From Octopus bimaculoides (Eukaryota), in the NCBI RefSeq assembly GCF_001194135.2, contig NC_068986.1, positions 37,980,526 through 38,044,525 of the forward strand: a DNA stretch of 64,000 nt, read 5' to 3'. The notes under the pieces are model-generated. The model searched no databases, had not been told where the DNA came from, and was given only the letters and a program-made list of their open reading frames with translations. Made by a program: the position numbers and the translations under genes. Of this stretch, positions 26,690 through 39,186 are shown piece after piece. How positions within the stretch are numbered: position 1 is the first letter of the stretch; each line of letters begins with the position of its first letter.

Positions 26690-26901
26690 CTGGTGCTGAT
26701 GCCACATAAAAAGTACTGGTGATGGTGCCACATAAAAAGCATCCAGTACAGTACACTCTGTAAAGTAGTTGGTATTAGGAAGGACATCCAGCTGTAGAAA
26801 CCAAGCCAAAACAGATTATGGAGCCTGGTGCAGTACCTGATTTTGCCAGTTCCTGTCAAGCCATTCAACCCATGATAAACAGACGTTAAATGATGATGAT
26901 G
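26690..26901 (+). mobile_element. RTE 3'-UTR tail fragment ending in (GAT)n
   Basis: GCCACATAAAAAG modules, CATCCAGCTGTAGAAAC, GACGTTAAATGATGATGATG. Confidence 0.75.
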
Positions 26902-27974
26902 AACATTACCAAAGCACCAACAAATGAGTTCAAAACAATATCATACAATATATAATCTAAGACAATATCTAATTTAAATAAAGTAATAGAGTAACAAACA
27001 TTAGAGTGAGTTGGTACATACACAAATGGTCATGTCATACATCTAGCAGTCCTTCACTCATTGTGCTATTCTGGATTAATATACTGAGTACCCAACTCTC
27101 CAAGGACACACAGTGCAAGTTCTTTTTTTTTTTTTTGTTCTATTATCATCCTAAATGTTCCTCATTTCTGGAAGCTTGTACAAACCACTTCGTCTCATTT
27201 TTCCTAAGAGCTACAATCTTCAAGGGATTTCTTCTATAAACGTTAACCCAAGCTCTGTTATTAATCAATGTTGAATGAATAAGAATGACAATGAAGATGA
27301 CAAATATTTATGAGGCTGTTGTGTCTGAAATGTTTTTGAAAAGTAGAATGAAGAAAGATACAAATAACAACAGCAAACAAAAAAAAATGATGTAAATCAA
27401 ATCCATTTGAAGCAAGAACTTTTCCAATGATCCTCTAAGATAATATGCAATCTCTATAAAATTCTTCAGGTTTAACAATTACAAATTCAGTAAAAGCACT
27501 AATTATGGCTTCTCAAGTTTTGACTGTTTTATTAAAGATTGATAGCTTAATATGTTTAGCAAAATATCAAGTAAAAGTGAAGTAAGCTACAAGATTCCAT
27601 ATTTCAATTCTCTAACCTTAGACACTGCCAATTGAGAAGCATATAATTTGTATAAGGCTATTTTAAATGTTTTTTTAGTAATCACTTGACAATATGACTG
27701 GGCTAGTGTTTTCCCAAGCTCTAAAGGAAAAATTAAGTAAGTGAAACATAGTGGAAAAAGTGCAGAAAAGTCAAATGAATTAATAATAACCAAAGAGCGT
27801 GTACAATGAAAATAAATATGCCAAATGAAAAGAAATGGAAGAGGATCTAATGTTAAAAGTTATACCCTGAAGAACAGTAAAAAATTAAGAAAAGGAGAAG
27901 AAAAATATAGGAATGCGATCAATTTTATATGTACACATCTATATATCTACATATGTTTCTGGTTTTTTTTTTAG

Positions 27975-28128
27975 ATGCCCCAAAACTACAATGCAGCTTT
28001 AATTGCTGCAGCTATTCAAGACCATTTAAGTTTGAAGGCATCTGGGAATAAAACAGTTACGAGAATTCCTTCACACCACTCTATGACAAGAAAGAAGAAT
28101 ATCAAAGCAGTGGTTGACAGTGGACTTA
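27975..28128 (+). CDS. RNF32: RING finger protein 32, coding exon 1 (MPQNYNAALIAAAIQDHL...KAVVDSGL, ends phase 1)
   Basis: Poly-T + AG acceptor immediately before the ATG; GTAAGT donor at 28129. AAIQDH and KAVVDSGL match the RNF32 N-terminus (AVALQDH, KAIIDTGL). Confidence 0.85.
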
Positions 28129-28339
28129 GTAAGTCATAACTGAATAACATTATTTTAAACTATTTTCTTAATATAAAATGAATTATTGCACTAGAAAAAA
28201 ACCCTGGTCTATCAGAAGTTACTTCAGAAATTCTTAAGCTATCTGGCAGAATGAGATACAGCGTGGTCATCTGTAGAGTTAATCAAGTTGTACAGGAAGA
28301 TATATCCAACAACTGATGTAGCAGTATTAAATACACTAT

Positions 28340-29590
28340 TGCAAGGGTAAAGGAAATATCTAAGAAAGGAATAAATAATTACAGCAGTATGAAATTGCTG
28401 GACCAGGTCATGAAAGTTACAGACAAAGTTGTAGGTCAACTAATTAGAATACAGTTTGGCTTTGTGACAGGGAGAAGTACTGCTAATACTCTCTTCTTAG
28501 TAAGGCAATTTCAGAAAAGCTGTTTAGCCAAAAGTAAACTATTTCATTTGGCTTTTGTCAACCTGGAGAAAGCCTTCAATATTGCCTCTTGCTCCTTGAT
28601 CTGGTGGTTACTCTGTTAGTAACTTAAGAGTTAGCATTAAGTAGTTCAACAAATTTACTGTAGAAGTAGTTCACCATGGCTTGGCTTTTAGTTCTATTTA
28701 TCATAGTCCTCCAGACCAGAACAGAGGAATTTTAGACTAGTTGTTCATGAGAACTCCTTTATGCTGATGATCCTGTTCTTATTGTTGAATCTGTTGTAGG
28801 ATTATAAAAGAACTTCCAGGCGTGGAAGCAAAACCTGGAATCAAAGAGCTTTAAAGTTAACTTAGCAAAGACTATAATTTTTATAAGCAGGAAACAGATA
28901 GTATGCTAATTCCTTCAAGAAAATAGCCTTGTTTGGTATGTTGAAAAGGAGTAGGTAAAAATTCCCTTCAGTGTACACTGTGTAAACTATGGACACAAAA
29001 GAGGTGCAATAGAGTCACAAGAAAATAGACTTTGTGGAAGATGTGCATGAGTGATAAATACTAAGAGCAACTAGGAAACATATTTTCTCAAATGTCCAGG
29101 AGGATCCTTAGAGGGAGGAGATAGTTTCTGTTGCCTAGGTAACCTAATTAGCAGTAGAGAAGGATGTTCTGAAAGTATAATTTCTAGAATATGAATTGGC
29201 TGGAGAAAGTTCAGAAGGTTATTATGTCTGATGGTAACAAAAGGTTTCTCTTTCTAAGAGTGTAAGGCAGATTGTATGATGCTTGTGTATAGATAGTTAT
29301 ACTGTATGGCAGTGAAATGTAGACCCAGAAGACATGTGTAGACTGCAAAGCTAGCATGCTCCACTGGATGTACAACGTCAGTGTACATGTATGATAAAGT
29401 GTAAATGCATTGAGAGAAAAATTGTGCATAAATGGCATCGAATCTGGAGTGCAAGAGAAAAAAACTGTGCTGGTATGGTGATGTGATGCATATGGATGAG
29501 AAAAACTGCACATAGAAGTGCTGATCGCTAAATGTGGATGGGACTTGTGGAAGAATGACACCCAAGAAGATGTGGGCTGAAGTTGTGAAG
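28340..29590 (+). mobile_element. Old decayed RTE LINE copy (RNF32 intron 1)
   Basis: Recognisable MKLLDQVMKVT, QFGFVTGRST, FVNLEKAF and YADD remnants, colinear with the 9.1-kb copy; many stops and indels. Confidence 0.8.
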
Positions 29591-30056
29591 TCCTCCTTAT
29601 GGGGGAGAAAACTAAGGATTGAGATAATTGGCAATTTTCTAGGCTTGAGAAAACTTCTACCCTTCAGCAAAAATGAGGTCCTAAAGATATATAATTTATG
29701 TCTATGACCCCCACACCCAATCAAGCCTCCAAAACTCATCTTCATAGCACTTATCCATCTATCACACTTCTAACTGCAGCACTATTTACTCAGCTGCTAT
29801 AATTGTACAAGACCAGAACTGCACATTTTTTATCCCCAGTTTTCCCTCTCCTTAGAACTACTAGAAAAGTAAAAATACTTGGGATGACAACAATTGAACA
29901 TATGTTCTGTATGTAGCATATTTGTCAACAAATGCTAATCAGTTAATATAGAAAATGTGCAATATGCCTTTATGAACAAAAAATTTTAAAATCTATTAGC
30001 CACTGGCTTTAATTGTTGGTATTGCTTTCTTTTCAATGTGATCTCTTTACAAAAAG

Positions 30057-30143
30057 GACAGTCCTCTACCAAGCTTCCAAAATTCCCCTTTGAGAAGGTA
30101 CAAGCTGAATATGTACTTGATGCGGCTCCATCACTTTCACTTG
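30057..30143 (+). CDS. RNF32: RNF32 coding exon 2 (RQSSTKLPKFPFEKVQAEYVLDAAPSLSL), phase 1-1, GC donor
   Basis: EYVLDAAPSLSL matches conserved EYVLDPKPPPLTL. The exon ends at G|GCAAGT (GC donor). The 5' boundary, an AAG acceptor at 30055-30056, is the only nearby phase-compatible AG and is less certain. Confidence 0.75.
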
Positions 30144-30284
30144 GCAAGTATTGAAATTAACTTTGCAGATTAATTTGATGTGTGTGTGTGTGTGTGTATG
30201 TTTGTGTGTGTGCAATAAAAAAGGTATCCACCCATAAAACACTGCCTCAATAATATAGTCATCTAAATTCCTTGCATTGTACCC

Positions 30285-30975
30285 CATGTAAACTATGGAC
30301 GCAAATTAGCCTGCCAATGTAATCACTGGCAGATTAATGGAGAGGGTGAACATGATTTGTGGTTTATACACGGGGATAATAAGCATTAAGGGCACATTGT
30401 AAACTGATTTCATCAAATGTCCAGAAAGCTCTATGGAATTACTTAATAGCTTCTGTTAGGTAGATGACATAATTAGTAATGGAGGTGGCTGTTCTGAAAG
30501 TATAGAAGTTTGAGTAACAACAGGCTGGAGAAAGTTTGAGATGCTATTACATTTCTGCTAGCAGCAAAGGTTTTCTTTCTCAAAGTGAAAGGCAGATTGC
30601 ATGATGCTACTGTGTGAACTGTGATGTAAAATAGTGAGGCATGGATCCTGATTATGGGAGACTTGCAGAAGCTGGATGAAATTATAAAGTGAGTATGCTA
30701 CACTGGCTCTTTAATATTAGTATGTGTAAACAATGAGGTGTAGATTAACCAAGACAAAAACTGGCTATAAGAGGAATCAGATACAATATATAAGAGGGAG
30801 TTGTGTGCTGAAATGAGCTTGTGATTAGTATGAAGGTTGACAGTCAGATAAAAAAAGAAACCTGTATGAGACCAAGGAAGACTTAGCAAAAAGTGGTGCA
30901 GCATCTCAAGAACGTGATGATTAAGAATTATGTCAATAGGTAACATGGAATGCGGGAGAAGACCTAACCTCATGT
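30285..30975 (+). mobile_element. Decayed RTE LINE 3' ORF2 fragment (RNF32 intron 2)
   Basis: Nucleotide similarity to 9980-10700 (CTATGGAC..., GTTCTGAAAGTATAG, GTGAAAGGCAGATTG, GAGAAGACC). Confidence 0.65.
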
Positions 30976-32655
30976 AAGTGTGGTAAATCAAATGTTAAAA
31001 ATAGTGGTAGTAATGGAGACCAGGAAGTGTGTGTGTGTGTATGCATGTTTTAGGTCTCTCACTCAGTATGTACTTGTTGAGTCTGCTGCTTTTCCTGCCT
31101 CTTTGATGCTCTTTCATTTCCCTACTACTCGTCTCTCTACCACTCATATAGTGTATTGCTCATCCTTCTATCACCCATCTCTCTGTAATTCTCTTTTTCT
31201 CTTCATCCAACTTATTTTCTATCCACTATTATGTGGCAAGTGTTAGTAAAGTTGGTAGTACCCAGAACTCCCTGATGTCAGCCTTTCTATACTTTTTGTC
31301 ATGAGGACCTCTTCTTCAAGTCACTTGTTCTTGACACCCATCACTTACACAGACAATTGTCCTTCTCTGTTACTATCCATCACTTCATCACTCTCTATTA
31401 CCCTTTCACCCCAATCACTTTATTTCTACCATCACTCTCTTGCCAGCTCCACTCAATCATCCTGATTCTTCAATCATCAATCCCTCTTTTAGATAACCTC
31501 TTGGTCACTTACCTTGAGCAAACAAATACATCATAGAATAGTGATGACTAAAATGTCCTCACTATTCCCATGCAAGAATTCAGTAGTGCCAGTGCCTTGA
31601 TAAAATGCACCCAGTACTCTTTGTAAAGCAGTTAGTAAACAAGTGAAGATAATATTAGGTCAAGAGAACACTTTTACTCATGATTAGGACATAAAATTGA
31701 AAGGATCACTTTTTACAAGTCAACTATGTTCCAAACATATTCAAATTGATCTAAAGCCTTGTTTATCCTGCAACACTACTTTACAATCCTTCTATATAAT
31801 TTTTTCAAGCCTGGTGGCCATTTGCATGCAGTTAGTGAATATTTTCTACTGATTTTCTATAAGGAAGCTTTGATTTCCAAAGTCATTTCAGGGTTATCCT
31901 GCTTGGAATCCAGTGCTGACAATAGTTAAGGAGCTTGAAATGCATTCATCGGTCCACAGGGAGCACTCTAAATGGCTGTTGCCTGATGCAAGAAATTTTT
32001 CCTTGGTGAACCACAATAAAAATGGCCTTTTTACAGGTCAAATATGTCCCAAACATATTTGAACTGATCTAAGTTTGTTTCTTTCCCAACACTGCTTTGT
32101 GTGCCTCCATTATAACACACACACACATGTGCACATACACACACATAGGCATATATATATATGTCTTTAGATGAGAGTGTTGCCTATCATATGATGCATA
32201 ACTTTGGAAATATATTTTTGTCTCATCAAGAAATATGGCTTACATACAATAATTATAATTTTTAACTTTTATATAATTTCTTGTTACGTATACAAAATTA
32301 TGAAATGAATACTAATTGTAAAAAAAAAATGTTAATTACCTTAAAATAAAAATAAATAATAAATTTCTCATTTGAATAACATCTCCTATAACTAATCTGT
32401 CATTTGCTCCCTCTCCCCACTCTATCTCTATGATTCTTTCTCACCCACTATGTGTGTAGTGTTCTTTCATTCTTTACCTGCCACCAAGCTAAGTATGTGC
32501 ACTCATCCTGCACCTCTTATATTCACTCTCTCTCTGTACCTCACTTTTACTCTCTCTCCTCCTTTTTCTATATAATGGAAAATATGACTGACTGGAAAAA
32601 TCATCCAACAAAGCAACATTTGTATCCACTATAATTATAATTTCATCTTTTGTAG

Positions 32656-32798
32656 CACAGAAACTTGGTATTGTTGAATGCCCAGCAAAACAGTTATCAG
32701 AATTTGAATGGAAGAATGTAAAAGAGCAATCTAACTCACGACATGACTCTTGTCAACCATGTGTTATCTGTAAAGAAAATTTTGGAGAAGAATCTCAA
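32656..32798 (+). CDS. RNF32: RNF32 coding exon 3 (AQKLGIVECPAKQLSEFEWKNVKEQSNSRHDSCQPCVICKENFGEESQ)
   Basis: TTTTGTAG acceptor and GTTTGT donor. AQKLG, LS.EW..VK..S and QPC.ICKE.F motifs begin RING1. Confidence 0.92.
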
Positions 32799-33344
32799 GT
32801 TTGTTGATTTAAGAGCAAATATTTTATAAATAGTGATGTTTTTTTTTTATTTTTCAGACTTGTAAACCTTAGCTAATCATTTTGTTGTAGCTGTTTCATT
32901 CTGTCCTTGGAGTGTAATGCAAGGTTTTGAAATCAGGAGTATAGTTAATTGAATTTTCCTATTTGTATGACAACGATGACGACCATCATCATCAGCAGCA
33001 GCAGCAGTAGCATAATCTTGTTTATTATAGGTACAAGGCCAGAAATCTTGTGGGAGGGTACTAAACAAATACATCAACCTCAGTGCTCAACTGACACTTA
33101 ATTTACCAATCCAGAAACAATGAAAGGCAGTGAAATTTGAACCTCAATGGAATTTGAACTCAAAATGTACAGACAGACAAAATGCCAGTAAGCACTTCAT
33201 ATAGCATGCTAACAATTCTGTCAGCTTACTGCCTTGGTAATGATAAAGCAGAGACACAACAAGATAGCCAAAACCTTCTCTGGTTACTATGCCAGAAGTA
33301 TGGATACGAGGTAACAGGTGCTTCGGTACTAACATACATTGGAG

Positions 33345-33760
33345 AAGGTAATGAATGAATGAAAAGAGGAAAGCAAAGATCCTCTAGGACTTTGACTTCC
33401 AGACAGACAAGGTATTAGAACATCAAAGGCCTGATATAGTAACCTTTAGGAGGGACAAACAAGAGTACCAAATAACTGATATGGCAGTGCCAGGAGATCA
33501 GCATATTATTTTGAAAGAAAGAGAAAAGATTGATAAATATGGAGATCTGAGAATTAAGATCACCAAGATGTGATAGCTCTGAGAGTCAAACATAAAGGTT
33601 GTCCCTGTTGTCACTGGAGCATTGGATTCAATACACCCAACTTGAAGAAACATCTGGAAACATTAGAAATACCCTACAATCTAGGTGTATTGCAAAAATG
33701 AGCTTCACTTGGAACTACATGCATATTGTGTAAAGTATTGTCTGTTTGAGGTTCTTGTTG
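33345..33760 (+). mobile_element. C-terminal fragment of an RLE-encoding (R4/Dong-like) non-LTR retrotransposon
   Basis: Translates as KAKIL*DFDFQTDKVLEHQRPDIV...ITDMAVPGDQHIILKEREKIDKYGDLRIKI...KVVPVVTGAL, i.e. the PD-(D/E)..K restriction-like endonuclease tail. Confidence 0.8.
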
Positions 33761-33859
33761 TGACTTGACAGTTAGTACAAATCCTCGGTAAACACAATAT
33801 CTTCAATCAACAACATCATGATATTGAATACCGTGCAATGTCTTAAGTAATAATAGTAA

Positions 33860-34330
33860 TAGTAATGGTTTCAAATTTTGCACAAGTCCAGCAAGTTTTG
33901 GGGAAGTGGGCAAGTTGATTACATCGACCCCATTGTTCAGCTGTTATTTTATTGACCCTGAAAGGATGAAAGGCAAAGTTGACCTCAGCGGAATTTGAAC
34001 TCAGAATGTAAAGATGGATGAAATGCCACTAAGTACTTTACCTGGCCTGCTAACAATTCTGCCAACCCTTCAGTCAATTATGAGTGTTACACAGTTACTT
34101 TCTCTTTGTATATAAATTTTCTAGCCTCAGTCTAAGTAAGAATTCAATGTTAATATTATTATTATGACAGCAGCAGCTTCCGCTGAGGTCAACTTTGCCT
34201 TTCATCCTTTCGGGGTCAATTAAATAAGTACTAGTTACGCATTGGAGTCAATGTAATTGACTTAATCCCTTTCCCCAAATTTGAGGCCTTGTACTTCCAA
34301 TAGAAAGGATTATTATGACAACAGCAGCAG
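33860..34330. mobile_element. Two copies of the same SINE in opposite orientation (about 33860-34070 on -, about 34160-34330 on +)
   Basis: GGATGAAAGGCAAAGTTGACCTCAGCGGAA (33964) is the reverse complement of TTCCGCTGAGGTCAACTTTGCCTTTCATCC (34179). Confidence 0.8.
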
Positions 34331-34333
34331 CAA

Positions 34334-34387
<54 letters not shown>
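34334..34387. repeat. (AGT)n microsatellite (SINE tail region)
   Basis: Read directly from the sequence. Confidence 0.95.
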
Positions 34388-34485
34388 CAGTAGTTGGAAT
34401 ATATGAATAAATTGATCAGCAAAAATTGAGTTGTTGAGTAATCATTGGATGAATCTGTGTGTATTATCTCTGTTATGTATTTCAG

Positions 34486-34518
34486 GTGCTGCTTTCTTGT
34501 TCACACGTCTTCCATAAG
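34486..34518 (+). CDS. RNF32: RNF32 coding exon 4 (VLLSCSHVFHK), 33 nt, phase 0-0
   Basis: TTTCAG acceptor and GTAACT donor. The peptide is identical to the remembered RNF32 RING1 core VLLSCSHVFHK. Confidence 0.92.
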
Positions 34519-35302
34519 GTAACTATAATTATTCAAAACAGATTCGATATGTCTGTAATTTCATGTCACTTCAGATAGTTAATTTCTCTCCAGGAAGCAA
34601 TGCAATTAATATTTTTGGTGAGTAACTCTGGTTAGCTTTACTCAAGCAGACTTAAGCAACTGAATTTTTAATTTCTGGTGATAATGTGTTAAAATTTGTA
34701 ACATCTGATATATACATGTAACTGAAGATTTTTTACCATTATTTTAGGTTTCATTTTATTTTTAAATACTAAATCCCAATGCAAGGCAAAACAATATACA
34801 TTTTCTAAGATTTTACATCAATTTTCCTAAATGATGTAAACATATTTGCTACAAATTGCTGGTGTAACTTTTAAAAAAAAATTTATAAATGATTACTCAA
34901 TAGCAAAAGAGAAATACTATATTAAATATTAGCCAAATAAAGAATGTATGATGATGTTTTCACTAAGGCCAAAGCAGAACAGCTATAAAAGAATTTACTT
35001 CATGAAGCATTCTAGCATCCTAACTTCATAGCCATTTTCTTTATGATTGTCTCTTAGAAGCCAAAGTTGAAGATTCTTTTTTGTGCATGATGATCTTCAT
35101 TTAGGATAGATTATTGAATAATCACACACTGTCTATATTCAAAATGGTTTTCCAGATAATTAAGAAGCTTGATGTGAAGCTGTTCATATCTTATTCTTTT
35201 TCAAAATGGAATTTGTTTCTAAACAAAAAAAAATTATATATAAACGCTTCATAGTCAATGGGCAGAGGTTTGAAGAATATCATTTATATTATTACATGAT
35301 AG

Positions 35303-35452
<150 letters not shown>

Positions 35453-35521
35453 TAGTACTGAATGCTAGATGCCTTTTTTTTTAAAACTTTTAAATGATTA
35501 TATGTTGAACTTTTAGAACCA

Positions 35522-35841
35522 GTGATACACTTTCTTTGAGATGATTAAACAAGGATGACCAATCACTGCTAAGGTACAAGATTAAAACAGTGATGCATTT
35601 AAAGGCCAGAATTGAAAATCCCCCATCATCCACATTTGTCTCATTCCCTCAAACACTACACAAGACTTTTCTCACTTCTGAAGTCTTGAGCAAAGTCTTG
35701 TGTGTAGTGTTTGAGGGAATGAGACAAATGTGGACGATGAGGGATTTTCAATTCTGGCCTTTAAATACATCACTGTTTTAATCTTGTACTTTAGCAGTGA
35801 TTGGGCATCCTTGTTTAATCAACTCAAAGAAAGTGTATCAC
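35522..35841. repeat. Long near-perfect inverted repeat (148/150-bp arms, 22-nt loop) in RNF32 intron 5
   Basis: Manual alignment of 35522-35669 against the reverse complement of 35692-35841 gives 6 substitutions and one 2-nt indel. Confidence 0.95.
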
Positions 35842-36143
35842 CTTCTGAAATTTTTTCTATTCACATTTTTCCTCTCGTCAACAATATGCAAAAGTTGAAG
35901 CTGAGCATCAGCTGCATTGGCTACCTTGTCAGAGGGTCTACAAAGGTGTAGGTTGGTACATCAGAATACATGGTAAATTGTTTTAAATCTTAGTTTGCCT
36001 TCAACTGGTTTATAAATGGCCAGTTGAAAGAAAGCTGCACTAAATTCTTAAATGGTTATTAGATTTAACCAGTTCATTAATATAATAACTATGAAATTTA
36101 GGTTGTTTGTTTTTATAGTCAGCACAATTATGAAAACAGCTGA

Positions 36144-36416
<273 letters not shown>

Positions 36417-36479
36417 TAAACTTACGTTTTGGGTAATATTGCTTCAGGCAAAAACTAACTGAGTAGCACAACATATATA

Positions 36480-36585
36480 CACAAATATGCACATGCACAC
36501 ACATACACACACACATGCATGTACACATATGAAGTGTGAGTCTGCATATGTGTGTGTGTGTGTGAGTATATGTATACATGTATAA

Positions 36586-36632
<47 letters not shown>
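36480..36632. repeat. Compound (CA)/(TG)/(TACA)/(TA)n microsatellite
   Basis: Read directly from the sequence. Confidence 0.9.
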
Positions 36633-36633
<1 letters not shown>

Positions 36634-37479
36634 CCTTTTCATCATACAACACAAGATCACCTCTTCCAATGCCTCCTCCCCTCTTGAAGTTTTCGTCTTA
36701 CAAGTACTTGGTGACCCTGTCAGTGCAGGTGCCACTTAAAAGCACCCAGTCCACACTGTAAAGTAGTTGGTGCTTGGAAGGGCATTCAGCAGTAAAAACC
36801 TTGCCAAAAGTGACCTCATCTGGGCTTGTGCCACATAAAAAGCACTAAGTCCACTCTGCTGAGTGGTTGGTGTTATGAAGGGCATCCAGCTGTAAAAATC
36901 CTGCCAAAACAGTTGCAGAAGTCTGGTAAAATATATAAGGTAAGCAGAGTTAATGGTTATAGTAACCGACTAAGAGATAAAAATATCCATATTTACTATC
37001 GGTATCATTTACCTGTGTTATCTTTGAGCATAGGTATGCAGGCACACTATGCTTGTAGGGTACAGGTAACAACAGAATAAACAAAAGTTTATCAGGAATC
37101 AAATTTAAACAATCAGAAAATGGAGATAACTTTAGATCAACAAACAAATCAATTGGACCACATCAGTAGATTATTTTTAATATAAAATATGACATAACAT
37201 TTATGTGACATAACAATTCTTACGGCCGTTTCTGCTTCCAATGTCAGTCAGTGCCTGGGAAAAAATTGCGAAAATAATATTCTTCATCTTCATAGGATAT
37301 TCAAGCTAGTACATGGAGCTTAATCAGAATGAATACAAAAACGTCCAAAAAATAAACGAAAGGAAGAGGGAATAGGAAAGAAAACATGGCCTTGAGAAGA
37401 TGCCAGGTGGCCTAATATATTAAAATCATACCATCTTCCTGTAGCATACACCTTAAGGGATCTTCTCTCTCTCTCTCTC

Positions 37480-38442
37480 TGTTATATATACATGGATGCG
37501 GACATAGTGGATAACAGCTAACCTTTGGCCACACTTTTGGACCCTGTTGTGTCTACCACTCTGATTGGTTGGTATTGGCGCATTTTATCTCCTGTTCTAT
37601 TGAGCGCCAAGATGCAATCTGACCAATTGCAGCCTTCAGATAAGGTCGCATGAGACAGTCTTTTCTGAACCCCAGTTTGAGCCGACAGTATGGTATAAAT
37701 AGCTAGCCTCTCACCATCACAGTTTGTCAGTCTTCTTGGCTTCAGGCCTTCTGAGGTCTAGCTGCTGACCACAGAGCACACAGCCAGTTCCAGCAACGAC
37801 ACAACAGCAGCCACATGGAGAACACCAACACTTTGTTCAGCAGCTTACGGACCTCCATCTTCATCATCTCCAGCTTCTTAGCATCAGCACCAACTTTTCT
37901 ACGTACACACCACCAACAGCACTCGCACAGGTTCTATCTCAACACTGTGAATTACTTCACCCTGGTTAACAGTGAATCTGACCTGCAAGAACTCCTGTAC
38001 CAAGTAACCGGCAGCAGCATTGAAGCCACAACTTCTCATGACATGTGCCTCTCCTCCGGCTCTGCTACGTGGCCTCAACTCCATGTTACAGCACCTCTAC
38101 CACTGTGTACCTTGGATACGAACTGGCATTTTACCATTCTTGTGTCTGGACTTTCTTTTAATGTCCTTATAGACTCTTTTCTATGCTCTGTATTTCTCGC
38201 ACACACATACACACATGTTCGTATACACATACGCTTTGTTTACATGACAGCCTGTCTATTATTATGTTTATATGTCACACTCACACACACAGACACACAA
38301 GTTGACATATCAATAAAATCTTCTCTTAAACCTTCTACCTGTTGTGTCTCTCTTTTCCTTCTGGCACTTATACTCATTTATCCTCTTTTCATGTTTTTAT
38401 TTGTATCGACCGAGCAATGTGCTAAGGAGCCTTTCCTCGTCA
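37480..38442 (+). mobile_element. Solo-LTR-like element (about 960 bp) in RNF32 intron 6
   Basis: Starts TGTTATATAT; CCAAT-type boxes; TATAAATA at 37694; AATAAA at 38312; possible CA end at 38441-38442; GC-richer than its flanks. No clean TSD. Confidence 0.45.
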
Positions 38443-39027
38443 CCTCTCCTGATTGCACAGTCCTTACAAAATTCCTTTGTAGGGCTTCAAAGTCAGTAGG
38501 CAAAAGAGTGATCTATTGTTGACTGATTTGCACTGGTATATTGCACGATTGAGGAAAATAACAAAATGTTAGTGCCAAGTAGTGTTTAGGCATAAGCAAA
38601 ATTTAGGTTATTTAAAATATGTTTGTGACATATTTCAACTGCTAAAAGGCAAATTCACTGCAGTTACTGTGAAGAAAATATCTCTTATGGTAAAAAGGTG
38701 TGAAAACACTACATTTGTTCAGTGTTGCCATCTATCAGGAATATATATATACACATATACATATGCATAATATATACACATATATAAATATAAATTAATA
38801 TATATATTAATAGTTTCAGGAGAGTATTGTTTGGAGTAGGTAATATACTTTATCTTCTTACTCATTATATGAAAATAAAAGCATAATACATGAAACATTT
38901 ACTATGAGAAAAATATGATGCTATAATTCTAAGAGGGTAAGTAGATTTTGTCAGCTCACGCAGTTGGTTGTCATTCTTTTGACCTGCTGCTTGTCATGTT
39001 GTCATTTATTTTTTCTATTTCTAATAG

Positions 39028-39186
39028 TTGGAAGAAATTGTTGACAAGACACTTAAAAGTTACGATATTGGTGTTGATGAATTCTTGGAGGAAATGGATC
39101 AGAGTATTGCAGCACACCGTCAACTGTTTAACTCCTTCAATCACTGCTATATTGGCTTGGAAGAATGGAAAAAGATCAAATCAAAG
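39028..39186 (+). CDS. RNF32: RNF32 coding exon 7 (LEEIVDKTLKSYDIGVDEFLEEMDQSIAAHRQLFNSFNHCYIGLEEWKKIKSK)
   Basis: Pyrimidine tract + TAG acceptor and GTGAGT donor, 159 nt, phase 0-0. SY...EE...E.DQ and EEW.KI motifs. Confidence 0.9.

Noticed and set aside
30148-30153. GT donor alternative for RNF32 exon 2
   Set aside because: Gives phase 2 and an early stop in exon 3 with either AG, and loses the LAQKLG motif.
37815-38522. 235-aa ORF
   Set aside because: Lies in the LTR-like element and runs through (CA)n tracts; no recognisable domain.
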